Shown here: positions 11,567 through 24,186 of the stretch, one piece after another
Layout of the letters: each line of letters begins with the position of its first letter
How positions within the stretch are numbered: position 1 is the first letter of the stretch
Assembly (NCBI GenBank): GCA_038087875.1
Contig: CM075989.1
Location: forward strand, 1,550,001 to 1,614,000
DNA: 64,000 bases
Source: Malacoraja senta
Lineage: Eukaryota
Direction of reading: 5' to 3'
Notes under the pieces: generated by a model
Databases searched by the model: none
Told to the model about the DNA's origin: nothing
The model's input: only the letters and a program-made list of their open reading frames with translations
Made by a program: the position numbers and the translations under genes

Positions 11567-12310
11567 GTTTTAAGTAGGCCTTTTCTGGGGCGAGGACTGT
11601 CTGAGCGTACTGTGGACATGCTTACGGCAGCCTGGAGGAAGAGCACTCAAAAACAGTACCTTTCTTATATTAAGAAATGGGAAGAGTTCTGTGTACAAAA
11701 GAATGTGCAATATATTACTGCAGATATTTCAAATGTTTAGAATTTCTGTCAAAACTTTATTATGATGAAGGTCTGAGTTGTAGTGCAATTAATTCAGCAA
11801 GAAGTGCATTGTCCTCATGTTTGGTTCTGGATTCAGAAAGAAACCCAATTGGGTCACACCCAATTGTTTCCAGACTAATGAAAGGAATCTTTAATTCCAA
11901 ACCACCGAAACCTAGGTACATGACAATCTGGGATGTAAGTGTGGTACTGAAACTACTTCGTGAATGGTCACCAAGTGTGTCTTTACCTTTGGCCAAGCTC
12001 AGTATGAAAGTATTCATGCTTATGGCATGAGTGACAGCACAACGAGTGCAAACACTTGGAAGATTACAAATAGACAGTATGGAAGTAACTGAAGATAAGG
12101 TTACATTCTATATCTATGACCTACTAAAGCAAATTAGGCCAGGTGTGACAGGATTTAAAATTATGCTAGCAGCATATCCAAATGGCCAGGGCAAAAGATG
12201 TCCTCGTCGATCATATCCTCGCAGCCAATGAGTTGATGTTTCAACATTTTTACCATCGGCCTATTGTTAATGCGGGATTGTTTGCAGAAACTATTTTAAG
12301 TTCTGTGTAA
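11567..12310 (+). pseudogene. DIRS tyrosine recombinase, disrupted and internally deleted
   Basis: AINSARSALS, PKPRY..IWDV, TAQRVQTL. Confidence 0.85.
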
Positions 12311-12882
12311 ATTCCTCTGGTTTAAAGGGGATCTGATTCATTTCATTATTGAAATGAATTACTGCATTTGTGGTACAAATGTTATTATGAATGCATGATT
12401 GATTATTCTCGTTCCGAGTCAATCAAAGCAGTGAGAAGCCGGGATTGATCTACGGCATGAAATCACAAAGCTTTAAAATCTTCACGTAGTCACTCACGTG
12501 ACTCCGAAGTAAAATAGTAAGATTAAACGAGAACTTACCTAAGTTTGAAGTTTGATCTTTATTTTATGAGGAGTTACGTAGCTGAGTATGTGCCCGCCAC
12601 GACCCTACCCTCTATCATAAAGGTCAGATGGAAGTTCTTGTATTACTCGTTTTATTATGAGACTATATTACTTCGGTTGTTGTTTTTTGTGATTTCACAC
12701 CGCTGCTTTGAAGATTGACGCGCAGGCGCACTGGTGGGGTTCTTCACGTAATCACCTACATAACTCCTCATAAAATAAAGATCAAACTTCAAACTTAGGT
12801 AAGTTCTCGTTTAATCTTACTATTAATAACCTTAGTACTCGAGTTTAGCAGCATCATGAGAGGCAACAGTGATCCTGGAAAT

Positions 12883-13097
12883 AGACACACAGTGCTGGAG
12901 TAACTCAGCAGGTCAGACAGCCAATCTGGAGAAAAAGGATGGATGACATTTCAGGTCGGGATCCATCTTCAAACCGCGGGTCCCTACTCGAGATGTCATC
13001 CATCCGTTTTCTCCAGAGTTGCTGCCTGACCCACTGAGTTTACTCCACCACTTTGTGTATATCTGCGGTATAAACCAGCATCTGCAGTTCCTTCTTG
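12883..13097. mobile_element. Penelope-derived inverted pLTR insert
   Basis: Two opposed copies of the GCTGGAGTAACTCAGC..GACCCGAAAC-type unit. Confidence 0.7.
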
Positions 13098-13954
13098 GAG
13101 CCTGGACAATCCTGGGTTTGTCAGGCAGCTCCTTCCGTGTTGATTAATGGATGTCAGTCTGAATAGGATTGTCCATTTTAGTCATGCATTCAGCAGGTAA
13201 ATTAGTTTTCCACATATATATCTGATAAAACAGATTTAATTTTTCAGGCTATTATAGTAAATGCTTTCTGTAATGGAGCTGGAATCATATACTCTGGGGT
13301 TATGGACGGTGCAGCGAGACTATCTTGTAAAGGAAGACTTGTCAGAGCTGCATGAGAAACCATTCTCTGAACATTTAGCTGACAAAAATGTCTTGTCGCT
13401 ACCAGTGTGTTTAAAGCGTGTTTGATGGCAGTATTTTCATCCTCATTGTTCCTGACTGTTGCAATTGCAACTCATTTATTTCCCAAAGTGATGTGAGTTC
13501 AAGCTATTCAAAGAGAAACCAAAACTCTATTCAAGTTCATTTTCTTTTGCATCAGACAGAAAGAAAGACTTGGATCCAATATCTTCTGGGACACATCACT
13601 GAGAGTTTTGATCATAGAATCATAGAACTTTTCTGGCACAGAAGGAGATTATTTGACCCTCTGAGTCTTTCAGCTATTGGAAGACCAATCCCATTAGCTC
13701 TCTCCCCGCCCTCTCCCCACAGCCCTCAGTTCTCTTTCATTTGATGCCATTCCCACCACCTCCGCACTCAGTACGTTCCAGTTCATAATTACTCTCCACA
13801 TATAAAAACTTTCCTTCATAATCTTATTTCATCTTCTGACCAAAGTTCTACATCTGTGCTGCCTCATCCTTCATCCATTTAGTGATGAGAACCGCCTCTA
13901 GTAACCTGTTCCGAAGACACTGTCAAATGTGTTCTCAAGCTTAGAGTGAAGGAG

Positions 13955-14212
13955 ACTAGTATAGTATGCCAACAGACCCTTTGGCCCAAGTTGTCCATGC
14001 CAACCATAATGAAGCTAGTCCCATTTGCCCACATTTGGCCCATATCCCTCTAAACCTTTCCTATGCAAGTCCAAGCATCTTTTGTAAGTTGTTATTGTAC
14101 CCACCTCATCTACCTCCTCTGGCAACTCATTCCACGTGCCCACCACCCCCCTGAGTGAAAAAGTTGCCTCCTAGGTTCCTATTAAATCTTTCTCCGCTCA
14201 CCTTAAACCTTT
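13955..14212 (-). mobile_element. CR1 3' fragment
   Basis: Reverse-complement CR1 ORF2 end and 3'UTR. Confidence 0.7.
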
Positions 14213-14224
14213 GACACCATTGAT

Positions 14225-14730
14225 ACCTCATGCTGCCTCGGCAGCAGCACAATCAAGTCGCACCCTTGCCACTCCCTCTTCTTCCCTCTCCAATCGGGCA
14301 AAAGGTATGGATAATGCACACCTCCAGATTCAGGGATAGTTTCTTCCCAGCTGTTATCAGGCAACTGAATCATCCCACCACAACCAGAGAGCAGTCCTGA
14401 GCTAATATCTACAGTACCTCTTTGGTGACCCTCGGACTATCCTTGATTGGACTTTACTGCTTTACCTTGCTCTAAAATGTATTCCCTTATTACAGTATAT
14501 ACCTGTACATTTTGAATGGCTCAATTATAATCATAAAAAGGGGTCTCAACCTGAAACGTCACCCTTTCCTTCTCTCCAGAGACGCTGCCTGTCCCCCTGT
14601 GTTACTCCAGCATTTTGTGTCTACCTTCAATTCTAATCATGTATTGTCTTTCCGCTGACTGGTTAGCACGCAACAAAAGCTTTTCACTGTACCTCGGTAC
14701 ACGTGACAATAAACTAAACTGAACCGAACT
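14225..14730 (+). mobile_element. Rex1-like LINE 3' end with Penelope-derived insert (~14537-14630)
   Basis: RFRDSFFPAVIRQLN-like end; TTTCACTGTACCTCGGTACACGTGACAATAAA tail. Confidence 0.65.
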
Positions 14731-15110
14731 GCTGTATAGCCTCCAGTTCATGATCCCCCTCCTCTGCTTAAAAGACTGTGCATTCAGCCCATCTATTCCC
14801 ATCAGGGTTTTATAAATTACTTATTGGAGGCTGAAGGCTGTCCTTACATCACAAGGTGCATAGGGTAGTAGGATAGATAGTCACAGCCTTTCTCCCAGGG
14901 TAGGGGAGTCTAAAACTAGAGGGCATAGGGAAAACTGGATCTGAGGGGTAAGTTTTCCACGCAGAGGTTGGAGTGGAATGAGCTGCCATAGGAAATGGGA
15001 GTGGTGTGAACGGCATTTTGACAGGTGCATGGATAGGAAAAGTGCAGAGGAACATGGGCCAAAATGCAGGCAGATTGGACTAGTTTATGTATGCACCTTG
15101 CCTTATAAAG

Positions 15111-16148
15111 TAGGTATGTTACAATACTTACCTTCAGCGGTGCTGCAATTCTGCCACTGGCCGTGTGCGTGATTTTGGCGTCTTTGAGGGGGTGAGGGGG
15201 GGGGCGGGGTTAAAACGCGGATTTCTCCTACCTTGTCCTGGATTATATTTCGTTGGAGTGCAAGCTTTTGCTGAAGAATCGTTCCAACGGGCGTTCTGTG
15301 TATTTTGTTTTTAAAATCGCCCGACAAGTTCAGCGCTGGAGTAATATTATAATCAGCTTCTAAAGCCGTCAACGCCGACAACGGGGATGGATTTAAACGC
15401 ACAGGACAGGTAAACGAAAGACGTTTATTTTATGTATAAAAGTGTTCCTTAAGATGCCTTTAATTCACATTTTAAGTTGCGAAACGGTGATTTGTTTCCT
15501 CGTACGAACCGGCAGAATTTTTCATGCTGATACGGGTTTGAATTCACCGCAACCGCAACGTTCCAAATGATCGCGTTCCAGAAAAACCCAAGATGATTTA
15601 AATGGGCATTAATTTACAGGTATCAAACATTAAATTCCTTCCATTTGGCCTATAAATCCATGACAATGAGATTTAAAAATTATGTTATATTGTGAATTCT
15701 TGTGTGAATGTTATTTGGACACTTAGGCTTTTTAAAAATGTTAATCTATTCTTAAGAAATTGATAGATGTTTAGATCTATTAATTGAATTTTGTAATTAG
15801 CTACAATTAGGTAACTAACTAATTATATGCTTTAATTTCATGTCGTCTAAGTAAGATTGTTTCATATTTGTTTCAGTCTATAATAACTGAAAATTTCTTT
15901 CAGTTCTCTTAATTTTTAAGAAAGTTATGGGCTTTTGACTGTCCTCGATCACAGCTTTTGTGTTAAGTCAATGGAAAAGCAATAGGGAACAAGATGCTAA
16001 TTTCCAAGTATGAAAATGGCCATAACTTTTTTAATACTGAAGATATGAAAGTGAATTAGGTGTCAAATTAAACTTCTTTTTATGCTTTATCTGATAGGAT
16101 AAATTACAGACTTTATTTTTTAAATCTCAAAATTTTGTAACATTGCTA
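15111..16148 (+). mobile_element. Non-autonomous DNA transposon, TAG..CTA termini, 7-bp TSD
   Basis: TIR TAGGTATGTTACAA / TTGTAACATTGCTA; TATAAAG at 15104-15110 and 16149-16155. Confidence 0.85.
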
Positions 16149-16704
16149 TATAAAGACCCAGCATTACATCCTTGTTTTTATATGGCAGTGCTCACTTATT
16201 AAATGCTAGCATTGCATTTGTGTTTCTTACTACCAATTTGACTTGCAAATTAACTTTTTGGGAATCCTGTACCGGCACTCACAAGTTCCTTTGCATTTCT
16301 GATCTCTCCCCATTCAGAACATAATCTACGCCTTTGCCAATTTAAGTCATTCCTGGTCACCAGAACCGGTGCTATAAAGCTCACAAACCCATGCACCAGA
16401 CCAGAGTTGCTCATTGTGGATCTGACATTCAGCATCCTGATTCAACCCCACTTATTTTATTTGGCGCTTTAGCCAATCTGAGTGGAAGCCACCAGCAGTG
16501 GCTGTCTCGCCAACAGTCTGTCTGTCCTTTCTTCTTTTTGTTGTTTTTAGTATGTGTTAAACAGGCACGTGTCGTGAGTAATTACTCAGGGTAGGCAGTC
16601 AGTCGGCTTTTAAAAAATCTTAAACCGCGCAGATTGTTCTCCTCTCCGTAAGCTGTCAGTCGACTTTTATAAAGTCTTCAAAAGCCATATCGCTTAATAA
16701 AGTA

Positions 16705-17914
16705 CCGTATTTCCCGGCAATGAAGATGCACCCACATTTTGTTGCTAAATTTTGAATGAAGGCTGGTGGGACATAGAATTTCTCACGCTCAAAACAATAA
16801 AAATAAAGAAAGTAACAATTCAATTTGCCCCGGGCTTCCAAATCTCCTTCATTCTGAATTACTGAATGGATGGGGGATGGAGGATGATGGCAGGTGGAAA
16901 GATGGTGGGAAAAACGGGAGCACACCGGGACAAGTTGAATCAGTTATGATCTTATTGAATGACAACACTAGTTCAAGGGACCAATTGGAGGGAAATTTCC
17001 TTTCCCAGCGTGTGGGGAGTCTGGCCAGGGGTAAAGTTGCGAGGAGGGCAGGAGCATTGAGTAGGAGTGTCGGGGATCATGCCAGTAACTCACGCACCGT
17101 TGCCGCGGCGCTCCGGGCGCGGAGCCACCGCATTGTGGCCGGGGAGGGAAGTTGCTCGGGTGGCTGCGAGCGACCGCCAGGACCGGACAGCGGAACTGGC
17201 CGCCACCTCAGCGCCTTCTGCTGGCCCGCTCACCTCTGGCAGTGCTCTCCGTCTGAACATCCCTCACCTGCCGCTTCGCTCATGTCAGCCGCTTCCCGCA
17301 AATCCATAAATTCCGAGAGCCGAGTAACCTCAATTGGTCCCTTGATCGCGCTGTCGGAATTTAAGGATTTGCGGGAAGCGGCTGACATGAGTGAGGCCGG
17401 CGAGCGGCAGTAAAGAGGTTTTCAGACGGAGAGCACTGCCAGAGGTGAGCGGGCCGGCAGAAGGCGCTGAGGTGGCGGCCGGTTCCGCTGTCCGGTCCCG
17501 GCTGCCGCTCGCAGCCACCCGAGCTACTTCACTCCCTGGCCACAATGCGGTGGCTCCGCGCCCGGAGCATTGCGGCAAGTGAGTTGCTGGCATGATCCCT
17601 GACCCCCTCCTTCTCAATGCTCCTGCCCTCCCCACAATATTACCCCGGGCCAGACTCCCCACACGCTGTGAAAGGAACTGTCCCCCCCCAGCGGCACTGT
17701 CCTTTTATAGCCGCCTCCCATCAGCTGCCAGCAATGAGGGATAGACTTGGCTATCCCTCAGTACAGAAACATTGTTCTTGATGTTGCTGTACTGTGGGAT
17801 AGGCAAGTCTATCTTTCTTGGCTAACAACCTAACCTTCGGCCTCCAAGATGCAGGTAAATTTTCATGCCTTATTTTTGGGTAAAAAATAGCGTCTTCAGT
17901 GCCGGGAAATATGG
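16705..17914. mobile_element. Tc2/pogo-like MITE with long internal foldback
   Basis: TA|CCGTATTTCCCGGCAATGAAGA ... TCTTCAGTGCCGGGAAATATGG|CA. Confidence 0.8.
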
Positions 17915-18815
17915 CATTTAAAAACATATAGCTCAAAGAAATTTACTTAACATATTATTTGTACACAAACTCCATTCTTCTCTCTTTGTTTCCCAAGATA
18001 CTCTTAAGATAAGGACAATCCATGTTTGAAAAACCCGCCAAGAAACTTGCGCACACAAGCGCAGTGCGCAGTCCACGGTGCAAAGGCAGAATTTCAGCTG
18101 CCTTCAGTTCCGCTTGTCATTGAATGTTTGAAGCAGTGTCGACGGCACGTGAGCTGCACATACTTTCGCGTATTACGTGTACTGCGCATGGAAGGCACGG
18201 AGAATTACGCCTACCTAAGAGATCGATCTCTTATATAGGCATAATTCTCCCATGCCTTTACTATTTATATTTAATAATTACCATTTTAGAATTTTAGTCA
18301 GGGTATGGTATCCGTATGGTATCTCCGTCCCCACTGCGGCCTAACATTGTGGTGTTGGCGGCCTTTCCTGGAGACAGACGGGCGCTCCAAGCCGCGGGAG
18401 TCTGCGGGACTTTAACATCGCGGAGCTTGCGATCCCTTTGCCGGGGATCATAGCTCCAACTGTGGGTCCTGTGGACTTTAACATCGTGAAGCCCGCGGTC
18501 TCTGGTAAGAAGAGGCGACTCGGGAGCTCCAAGAGAGAGTTTAAACCACCCCGACGCGGAAGATTCAATCACCCCGATGGGGGCTTCAATCGTTGGCTGC
18601 GGGAGCTCTGATCGCCTCGACTGCGGATGGCTTGATGTCCCCGACCGTGGGAGAACAACAAGAGGAAGAAGATTGAACTTTATTTGTGTTCCATGACAAT
18701 GAGGAATGTGGAATCCACTGTGGTGGATGTTTATGTTAACTTTTATGTGGTGGTGTGTCTTGGTGCTTTTCACTTAGTATGGCTGTATGGTAACTCAAAT
18801 TTCACTGTACCTTAA

Positions 18816-19606
18816 TGCCCCTGTCCCACTTAGGAAACCTGAACAGAAACCTCTGGTGACCTTGCCCGCGACCCAAAGTTTCCATGAGTTTGCCGGAGGT
18901 TTTGGTCACTCGCCTGGAAAGCCTCGAGCTGGATCGACCGAAGCGTGAGTTGCATCTACCAACCAAAGATCTTATAGGATCTTTGCTACCGACCGCACAC
19001 ACACACACACAAACACATCACGAAGGTGGGGGCCATGAAGAGCTGTCTGCGCGATGAAGAGAAAGGTAAACGGCTGTCCCAGAGCACGGTAAGTCCTTTA
19101 GAGAGCGCGGGGTGGGGGGGGGGGGGGTTGAGAGAAGGGGGGAGAAGGGGAGAGAGGGGAGAGAGAAGGGGAGAGAGAAGGGGGAGAGAAGTGGGGAGAA
19201 GGGGAGGAGAAGGGGAGAGAAGGGGGGGAGTAGGAGTGGAGACAGTTTTAAGAAGTTTAATAAAGTTTAGCTGGCATTTTACCTTCCGGTGGGTCTTCTA
19301 GGTCGTGAAACTCCAATGAGCCAATCAAAATGACCGGTTAGCGAAGGAGATGGCCTTCGACTGCCTGTAAGTAAATAACGACCCCACTCCACTGGCTTCG
19401 ACCAAACGGTAACCTATTTTTGGTCGAGGCTGGTTTTGATATTGTTGAAATAATCGAAGCAACCTAGAAGAAGCCTTGACCACGCGGAAACCACTTTCGA
19501 CCATTAGGGAGACTAACCAAAACCTCCGGCGACCTCATGGAAACCTTGGGTCACGGGCAAGGTCACCAGAGGTTTCTGTTCAGGTTTCCTAAGTGGGACA
19601 GGGGCA
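18816..19606. mobile_element. PIF/Harbinger-like MITE
   Basis: Long TIR TGCCCCTGTCCCACTTAGGAAACCTGAAC..; TAA TSD at 18813-15 and 19607-09. Confidence 0.88.
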
Positions 19607-20234
19607 TAACTGGTACATGTGACAATAAACTGACCTTGAAACCTTGAAGCTGACACATATCATCGGCAACCAAAGAGCCAGGATCTGATGACTGGACTTT
19701 AATCTCAGGTGCCTCTCGTATCCTGGTGCTGTACAGGAAGTGAAAGACATGCCATGTGTGGGTGATTTAGGTTGAAATATGGTCCACAACCTCAAGACAA
19801 TATTTACAACTCAGTAAGTGTTTACAACTCAGGTGAAGGAGAACAAGCCATGGAGATCCATGGAGACACAAGGAACTGCAGATACCTTTACTCGGACTTT
19901 ATCTTGCACTAAACGTTATTCCCTTTATCCTGCATCTGTACACTGTGGACAGCTTGATTGTAATCATGTATAATCTTTCCGCTGACGGATAACACGCAAC
20001 AAAAACGCTTTCCAGTTTATTGTACACGTGACAATAAACTAAACTCAACTAATCTTAGGAGTAAAACAATTGTAAATATATAGCACAGAACACATTTCCA
20101 ATTGTTGATATCCCAAATGCACCATTCAAAATGCAGTCAGTGGGTTGCGTTGCATTGGGAATTAAATCAGCCAGGACTCCTTTGATACAAAGCAAGATGG
20201 TGTGCTGTAAGTCCCTGAGATCAACATCTCAGGA

Positions 20235-20710
20235 GTCAAAGTATCCTTTATTGTCATTCAGACTTTTCAGTCTGAACGAAATTATGAACCTTGCAGTCAT
20301 AACATAGAATAAAATAACAGAACACACAATGAACACAGTTTAACATCCACCACAGTGAGTCTACCAGGCACCTCCTCACTGTGATGGAAGGCAAAAGTGT
20401 TAAAGTCCTTGTCTCTTCCTTCCTTGTTCTTCCTCTGCGTTGAGGCGATCCAGGCTTTCGATGTTGGGTCCCCGCCGGGTGATGGTAAGTCCCGCGACCG
20501 AATCCGAGCTCTGCGAACGGGCCGGTTCAAACACCGCGGCCCGTGTCGGACGAAGCTGCCACCCTCCAGTCCAGCGGACAGAGCTGTTGTTGCGGGAGCT
20601 CCGGAGAACCGGTCACCAACCTGGGACCTGCGAGCTCCCGATGTTGCCGTCCAGTGGGCCCACGGGTCGGGTCGCCGCCGCCGCCGCCGCAACGCCACCA
20701 CAGCCCAGAA
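20235..20710 (-). mobile_element. GC-rich non-autonomous retroelement
   Basis: GCCTTCCATCACAGTGAGG module and GACAATAAA tail on minus strand. Confidence 0.7.
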
Positions 20711-22569
20711 GTCGGTCGCCCATCGCTTGTAAAAGCGATGCTTCTCACACGCCCTTTATCCCTCACACTCCAGCATGCTCACATAAGCATCCATCGCAAT
20801 GCCCACATGCAGTTTATTGGTCAAAATGTTACACTCTGCTCGAGGAGGCAGAGAATGATGGCATCTTACTGTTGGGCGAACATCTCTGAAAGAGTTGTTT
20901 ACTTTTCCCCGTGTCCCTGCCCCGGTCCTGCACCCTTTCACATATTTACTCATATTCATGCACATTTTAAAAGCCGTTATGGACTCAGCTTCCACACATT
21001 TCCAGTAAGGCACCTCATAAATCTGATGTTTCACATGCCGGTGATATTGAATCTAGGATCTCCAGTTGCCGACTTACTGATAGTTACCATATGTACTTGA
21101 GGAGGTGCTTGAAGGAGCTCGGGATTGGGAAAGGGAATGGGAGGGACGGGGAGAGAGGGGGAACGGGGTATCCATGGCTCACAAGGATCTGTTAATCTTT
21201 CTTCACAATGCCCGCATTAAGTTCTGGGTGTTTGAAACCTGAAACGCCACCTATTCCTTTTCTCCAGTGATGTTCCCTGCCCAGCTGAGGCACTCCAGCA
21301 CTCTGTGTTCAACTGAGGAACTCCAGCGCTGTGTGTTCTACTGTTATTCAGTGCACAGATCTTTCACAGATATGAGCTCGTGATACGGATGATTTATAAA
21401 GCGAGCGGGCAAGACACAATCACCAGGTCAGGCGATAACTGCAGCATCCAGAGCAACGCCAATATTTCCTCTCTTCATTCCCAACATAGGTGGCTTTCGT
21501 CATTCATAACAATAATTGGGGCCATCTTGAAAGGGGATGATAGAATTTTGTTAATTTGCTTTTGAATAATTCTCTTAACTAGGGTGTAGTTAGCTGGGCC
21601 AGAGGAATGCTTTGCAATTTAATTCATTTGCAGAATGTATGTATGTGGTCATTAGCCAAGCAGGATAAAAATATCAGGGCAGCAGTGGCGTACACTGCTG
21701 CCAATGATGGGTGTGTTAGGGCACCTTCCTGACGAGAGCAATGTGACAACTGTGATGCAGTGACTGAGGTTAGACGATGCATCTCCAAAGCATTACACTT
21801 CAACTTTATTTATATTGGGATCGATATAGATAGTATAAATATACAATTAAGAAGTTCCATTAGCGTGTGTGTACAGCAACCAGTCCAATTAACTGTCTGG
21901 ATGTAAAAGATTAAGGACATTGCCCATGGGATAGATGTCACCGATTCCTAGTGTATCTTCACCGATCATTATGGCAGCTTCATTATATTAATTGGATATT
22001 TAAATGAGTATCCAAAAGAGTTTTCAATTGCGTGCAAAAGGAATTAGTGATTAAGATGGTAATAATGCTGCCGCGCGTAATGTTGGGTCTCAGCTCTGTG
22101 GGGAAGCTCACTAACAACGCTCATTACTTTGCTCAAACACATTTGAGTTTCCAATCTCTTTTATCTGATCATCAGAGAGTGAGGTTATGAATAGTCATCA
22201 GGCCCCACTATGGTGCCAGGCTCTGGGTGCTTGAGCATCAATGTGCTCTTCCTTTCCCTTGACTTCATTCAAGGCAACTGACATGGGGTGAAGACGGAGA
22301 TGGTGATGGAGAGTTGGGCAAACACCCTGGGGCTGAGACCTTCGCTGACTTTCATTCAATGGAATCGACTCGAGGAGAAGACGCAGGAACACCAACATGC
22401 ACATGCCAAGCAGTGTAAACATCGTCCAGCTCTCCTGCAGTAGGAGACAGGAATGCAGTGGGACAAAACTGCCTTGGAAGTTGAGTCGGAGACGTCAACA
22501 CAGTGCGCACGTCATTGGTCTGAAGCAAAAACAGCTGGCACTGCGCAGGACTTTGGCAAACAGCTCAGC

Positions 22570-22820
22570 TCAGTTTAGTTTAGTTTAGAGATACAGCGTG
22601 GAAACAGGACCTTTGGCCCACCGAGTCCGCACCCACCAGCAATCCCCATACACTGTCATTACCCAACACACACTCTAGGGACAAAATTAAAACATTTCCC
22701 GAAGCCAATTAACCAGCAAATCTGTACATCTTTGGAGTGTGGGATGAAACCTGAGTACCCAGCACAAACCCACGCAGTCACAGGGAGAACGTACAAACTG
22801 CGTACAGACAGGACCAGTAG
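22570..22820 (-). mobile_element. V-SINE, 5'-truncated
   Basis: V core and (CTAAA)n tail. Confidence 0.8.
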
Positions 22821-22821
22821 T

Positions 22822-23512
22822 CAATAGATAATAGACAATAGACAATAGGTGCAGCAGTAGGCCTTTCGGCCCTTCGAGCCAAGACCGCCATTCACTATGA
22901 TCATGGCTGATCATCCACAATCAGTACCCCGTTCCTGCCTTCTCCCCATATCCCTTGATTCCATTAGCCCTAAGAGCTCTATCTAACTCTCTCTTGAAAG
23001 CATCCAGAGAATTGGCCTCCACTGCCTTCTGAGGCGTAGATTTCCACAGATTCACAATTCTCAGGGTGAAAACGTTTTTCCTCATCTCCGTTCTAAATGT
23101 CAGACCTCTTATTCTTAAACTGTGGCCCCTGGTTCTGGACTCCCCCAACATCGGCAACATGTTTCCTGCCCCCAGCGTGTCCAATCCCTTAATAATCTTA
23201 TATGATTCAAGTAGATCCCCTCTCATCCTTCTAAATTCCAGTGAATACAAGCCCAGTCGCTCTATTCTTTCAACATATGACAGTCCCGCCATCCTGGGAA
23301 TTAACCTAGTGAACCTACACTGCGCTCCCTCAATTGCAAGGATGACCTTCTTCAAATTTGGAGACCAAAATTGCACACAGTACTCTAGGTGTGGTCTCAC
23401 CAGGGCCCTGTACAACTGCAGAAGGACCTCTTTGCTCCTATACTCAACTCCTCTTGTTATGAAGGCCAACATGCCATTAGATTTCTTCACCGCCTGCTGT
23501 ACCTGCATGCTT
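22822..23512 (-). mobile_element. CR1 3' fragment
   Basis: ORF 22921-23508 (LVRPHLEY..GYGEKAGTGY); (CTATTGT)n tail. Confidence 0.92.
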
Positions 23513-24186
23513 ACGCAGTTGCCACATGGTCACCACATGTTCGCGGGTTGTTGCTGGGGAGTCGCCTTCATGGTCGTGAGGAGTTCCCGCATTCTGGGAA
23601 CTGGTCGCGGCCTCATTATGGTCGCCGCTAATGTTTCAACGGTGAAAAATTAGCGGCGACTGGAATGAAGCGGCCATGGGGAGTAGTGAGAATTCTCGTG
23701 CCGTAGGTGGGTTGCCAGGAGGTCCTAGTGGGTTGCCAGGTGGTCGAAGGTTCTCTTTGGTTCTCGTAGGTTGTAGCCGGTGCTGACCGGTGCATTTCAT
23801 TGGCTCATTGGGGAAAAAAAAGGTTAGCAGTAGTTTTCAAAACCAAGGATAACCGACTGGTAATGTTAATGTCCGCTGAGCTCCACAGTGTTACTCTGGC
23901 TTCTTAAAAGTTGTCTCCAATCCTTCTCCACCCCCCCTCTTTTAAAGGACTTATCATACACTGAGCTTTACCCGTATTAATAACAGCGCCAACCTTTCTG
24001 TTGATCGCGGTGTGTGTCTGTATCACCTTGGCTTTGCACCATGTGAATTTTTTAGACAGCGCTCCCCCCGCTTGTCCTGTCCCCCGCCTGCATAACAGGA
24101 TGGTGAAGGAAGTGATGTGTGTGTGTGTTCCACTCCAGTCGCCATTCCAGTCGCTGTTTTTTCAGGCGACTGCCGGCAACTTGACA
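23513..24186. mobile_element. Probable internal fragment of a Harbinger-like MITE lacking TIRs
   Basis: Similar motifs to the 18816-19606 interior (TTTCATTGGCTCATTGG, GACCGG). Confidence 0.45.

Larger units (their letters stand above)
8365..12824 (+). mobile_element. DIRS1-type retrotransposon copy 2, both termini present, frameshifted
   Basis: Left end TTTTACTTCGGAGTCACGTG; gag 8543-9600; RT (LPNGL..APRIFTK, YLDD); RNase H (TDASALGWG); MT; YR 11567-12310; ICR ~12479-12590; right ITR ~12716-12824. Confidence 0.95.
16478..19650 (+). mobile_element. GC-rich non-autonomous retroelement (pieces ~16478-16560, ~18290-18815, 19607-19650) hosting nested DNA transposons
   Basis: Homologous to 28680-29445 and 45540-46065; GTGACAATAAA tail with short repeats. 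Confidence 0.6.
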
